Source: Eutreptiella sp. 'Long Island Sound 2002' (Eukaryota > Protista > Euglenida). From it: a stretch of 64,000 nt of DNA. How positions within the stretch are numbered: position 1 is the stretch's first letter; each line of letters begins with the position of its first letter. Both the position numbers and the translations under genes were made by a program. This document shows positions 62,001 to 64,000 of the stretch, one piece after another. The notes beneath the pieces were generated by a model. It worked only from the letters and a program-made list of their open reading frames with translations, was not told the DNA's origin and ran no database searches. The stretch is taken from assembly GCA_964036045.1 (NCBI GenBank), contig OZ038378.1:164424001-164488000 (forward strand), given 5' to 3'.

Positions 62001-64000
62001 GAAGTCATACGCGAGGTGCTACTTGACCTGCGTTGGAAAGCGGGCAACGCCTCGTTTCACGAGTAATTCGAGGCGGTGCTCCGAAAAGTACCAACACCGG
62101 ACTGTGCCCACAACCACCAGCTATCACTACCGCTGTGCAGTGGCCCTCACCCATGGCGGCTGCAGCCTACCCCGTGTCTCGAGGCCATTGGCCCGAAGTG
62201 ACCGACTCGTCGTCTTCATCAGGTATTCACTTGTACCACATCGTGGCCCCCAATCCAAGCCAAGACGTGTGTGGCCAAGGGGTGACGGGAAAAACAACAA
62301 GCACAATAGTCACTCCTCCGGCACTAGCTGGCGCGGGTGAACCCGATCAGGGATCCAACGACCCCCACGACATGACGATCAGCAACACGGAGAGCCTCAA
62401 ACATTCCACGAAAACACCTGCAGAGCCGCCCTTAGCCACGGCGCACCTACCAGGCACTCATGACGGACCACCGGAGTAGATCCCGTCCCGATCCCCGAGC
62501 CCGGATCGTGCATCCTCGCAAACGATGCCGACCACCCTCGACCACTCAAACACTCCAGATTTCCACAACCCTTGAACCTGCCCTGCTGCCCTCGCAGAAG
62601 GACCAGAGCACGTTAGACCGGATGCCGAAGATGCAATGCACAACACCATGGCAACGGCGATACACCAAAAGGAAGGCCACTGCCCTCCCCAAAACGAAGG
62701 CAACTGCCACACATAGCATGTCCCAGGAGAGTGTGGCGGTCACCCACCAAATCCCCAGCTACATCACCGAGCACTATCACTACCTCCCGCCCAATGAACT
62801 AGTCCGCTTGAGAGGTTAGCATGACGAGCAGCACATCATATGCATGGAGCCGACCGGCCTGACCCCCCTCTTTGGTTGGTACACGCAGTGAAGGGTGATG
62901 GCGTGGGCCACATGTTGTGTACCGTCGACTCGTACTATAGTGGGGGAACGCCTGGTGCTAGGCATTGTCGTCGGGGGCTCGAATCCTAGTGCCTTGGGAT
63001 TATGGTCCATGGAGATTTTAGTTCCGTCTAGGATCTTCTGCTCCCATCCCGGGGGCAGGTAGTTTTTGTGCCCTTTCACTTTCGAAACCCTCCTGGGTGT
63101 TGGCTTTCTAATTGATTGGCTTTTGATCTTTTGTCTTGGTTTGGCATGTTCGGCGCTTCGCTTGGGCACTATCCAACAGAAATCAACTGTGCTCTTACCC
63201 TTCCTCAAATTCCCGTGAATGTCGGTTTGTTCATATGGTCTTCTCCTCACCAACTACACTTCTTGCGAGCAATGCCATGCACTGATTCGAACTCAATTTG
63301 TGCAGAGCTGGATCCAGTGAGCGGGGGTACCCGGTTAGCCAATTATCCGTCTCTATGCCAGCATATGCATGGAGCCAAGGAGACGAGTCGTACTCCGCAA
63401 AGATGCCAACCAGGACAGCGGTGATTACATGCAGCCGGCCGCCCAAGAATTTCTTTGCAAGCTTGCTGTCATCACCCCACCCCCCGGCAACATAGTACAA
63501 CCGGTTAGCTTGCTCCTTAGACACATGATATTAGCACCATCTGATTCAGAAGAGCAGCCCAATGCAGAGGGGCAGGACATGGTAACATTGTACGCGTCCC
63601 TTCGCAATGATGTGGTACTCGAAGACAAGTCTTGGGCGACCGTAACCATTCACAAGGGGTACCAACTCACTTCGTGCCGTTGTACCCAGTCTCCCGTTGC
63701 AATGTCAACGGGATGGACTGGAGATCATCTTGCCTGCAACGCTGTTAGATCACCCCGGCCATGAGAACGCACCTGGGGCATTGCGAGGCCATCTTGGCGC
63801 GGATACGCCACTGCTCGTCCTTGGGGGCGGCGATGGCGGGCGGGGGGGGGGGGGTGTGGGAACCTTGGTTTTCCCTTGATTGGCACCCTCAAATAGGGAT
63901 GTCCCAGGTTTTGGGCCGTATCTCATTAGCGGGCCCGATGTCCCAAAGATGGCTCGCAGGGGCGGGGGGGGGGGGGGTGGACGGACAGTGGGAGGGGCAA

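Overview
Eukaryotic, intron-rich and repeat-dense DNA, most likely from a photosynthetic euglenid. This is inferred from a two-transmembrane plastid-targeting leader, multi-kb GT-AG introns with GT(G/A)TG donors, and a trans-splice-like acceptor. The main host gene is on the + strand: 17 phase-compatible exons (3106-41333) splice to about 615 codons of coiled coil ending in a transmembrane helix, and the gene probably starts upstream of the window. Its largest intron holds a 9.8 kb element (13227-23042) with TGTAAGAC inverted termini, arrays of short palindromes at both ends and a KDZ (Kyakuja-Dileera-Zisupton)-type transposase on the - strand. A 0.8 kb non-autonomous element (44284-45100) has near-identical termini (TGTACGAC), its own palindrome array and a shared 167 bp internal module. 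The window also carries hAT-like MITEs (CAGGGATG ends, 8 bp TSD), TA-flanked MITEs (one family carrying a splice acceptor and mini-ORF), long microsatellites, tRNA-like heads, and possible relics of a flavin monooxygenase and a tyrosine recombinase. Further right are a 558-codon coiled-coil ORF (51403-53079) and an intronless plastid-targeted ABA4/DUF4281-like gene (57407-59032). All family calls come from motifs recognised by eye; no searches were run.
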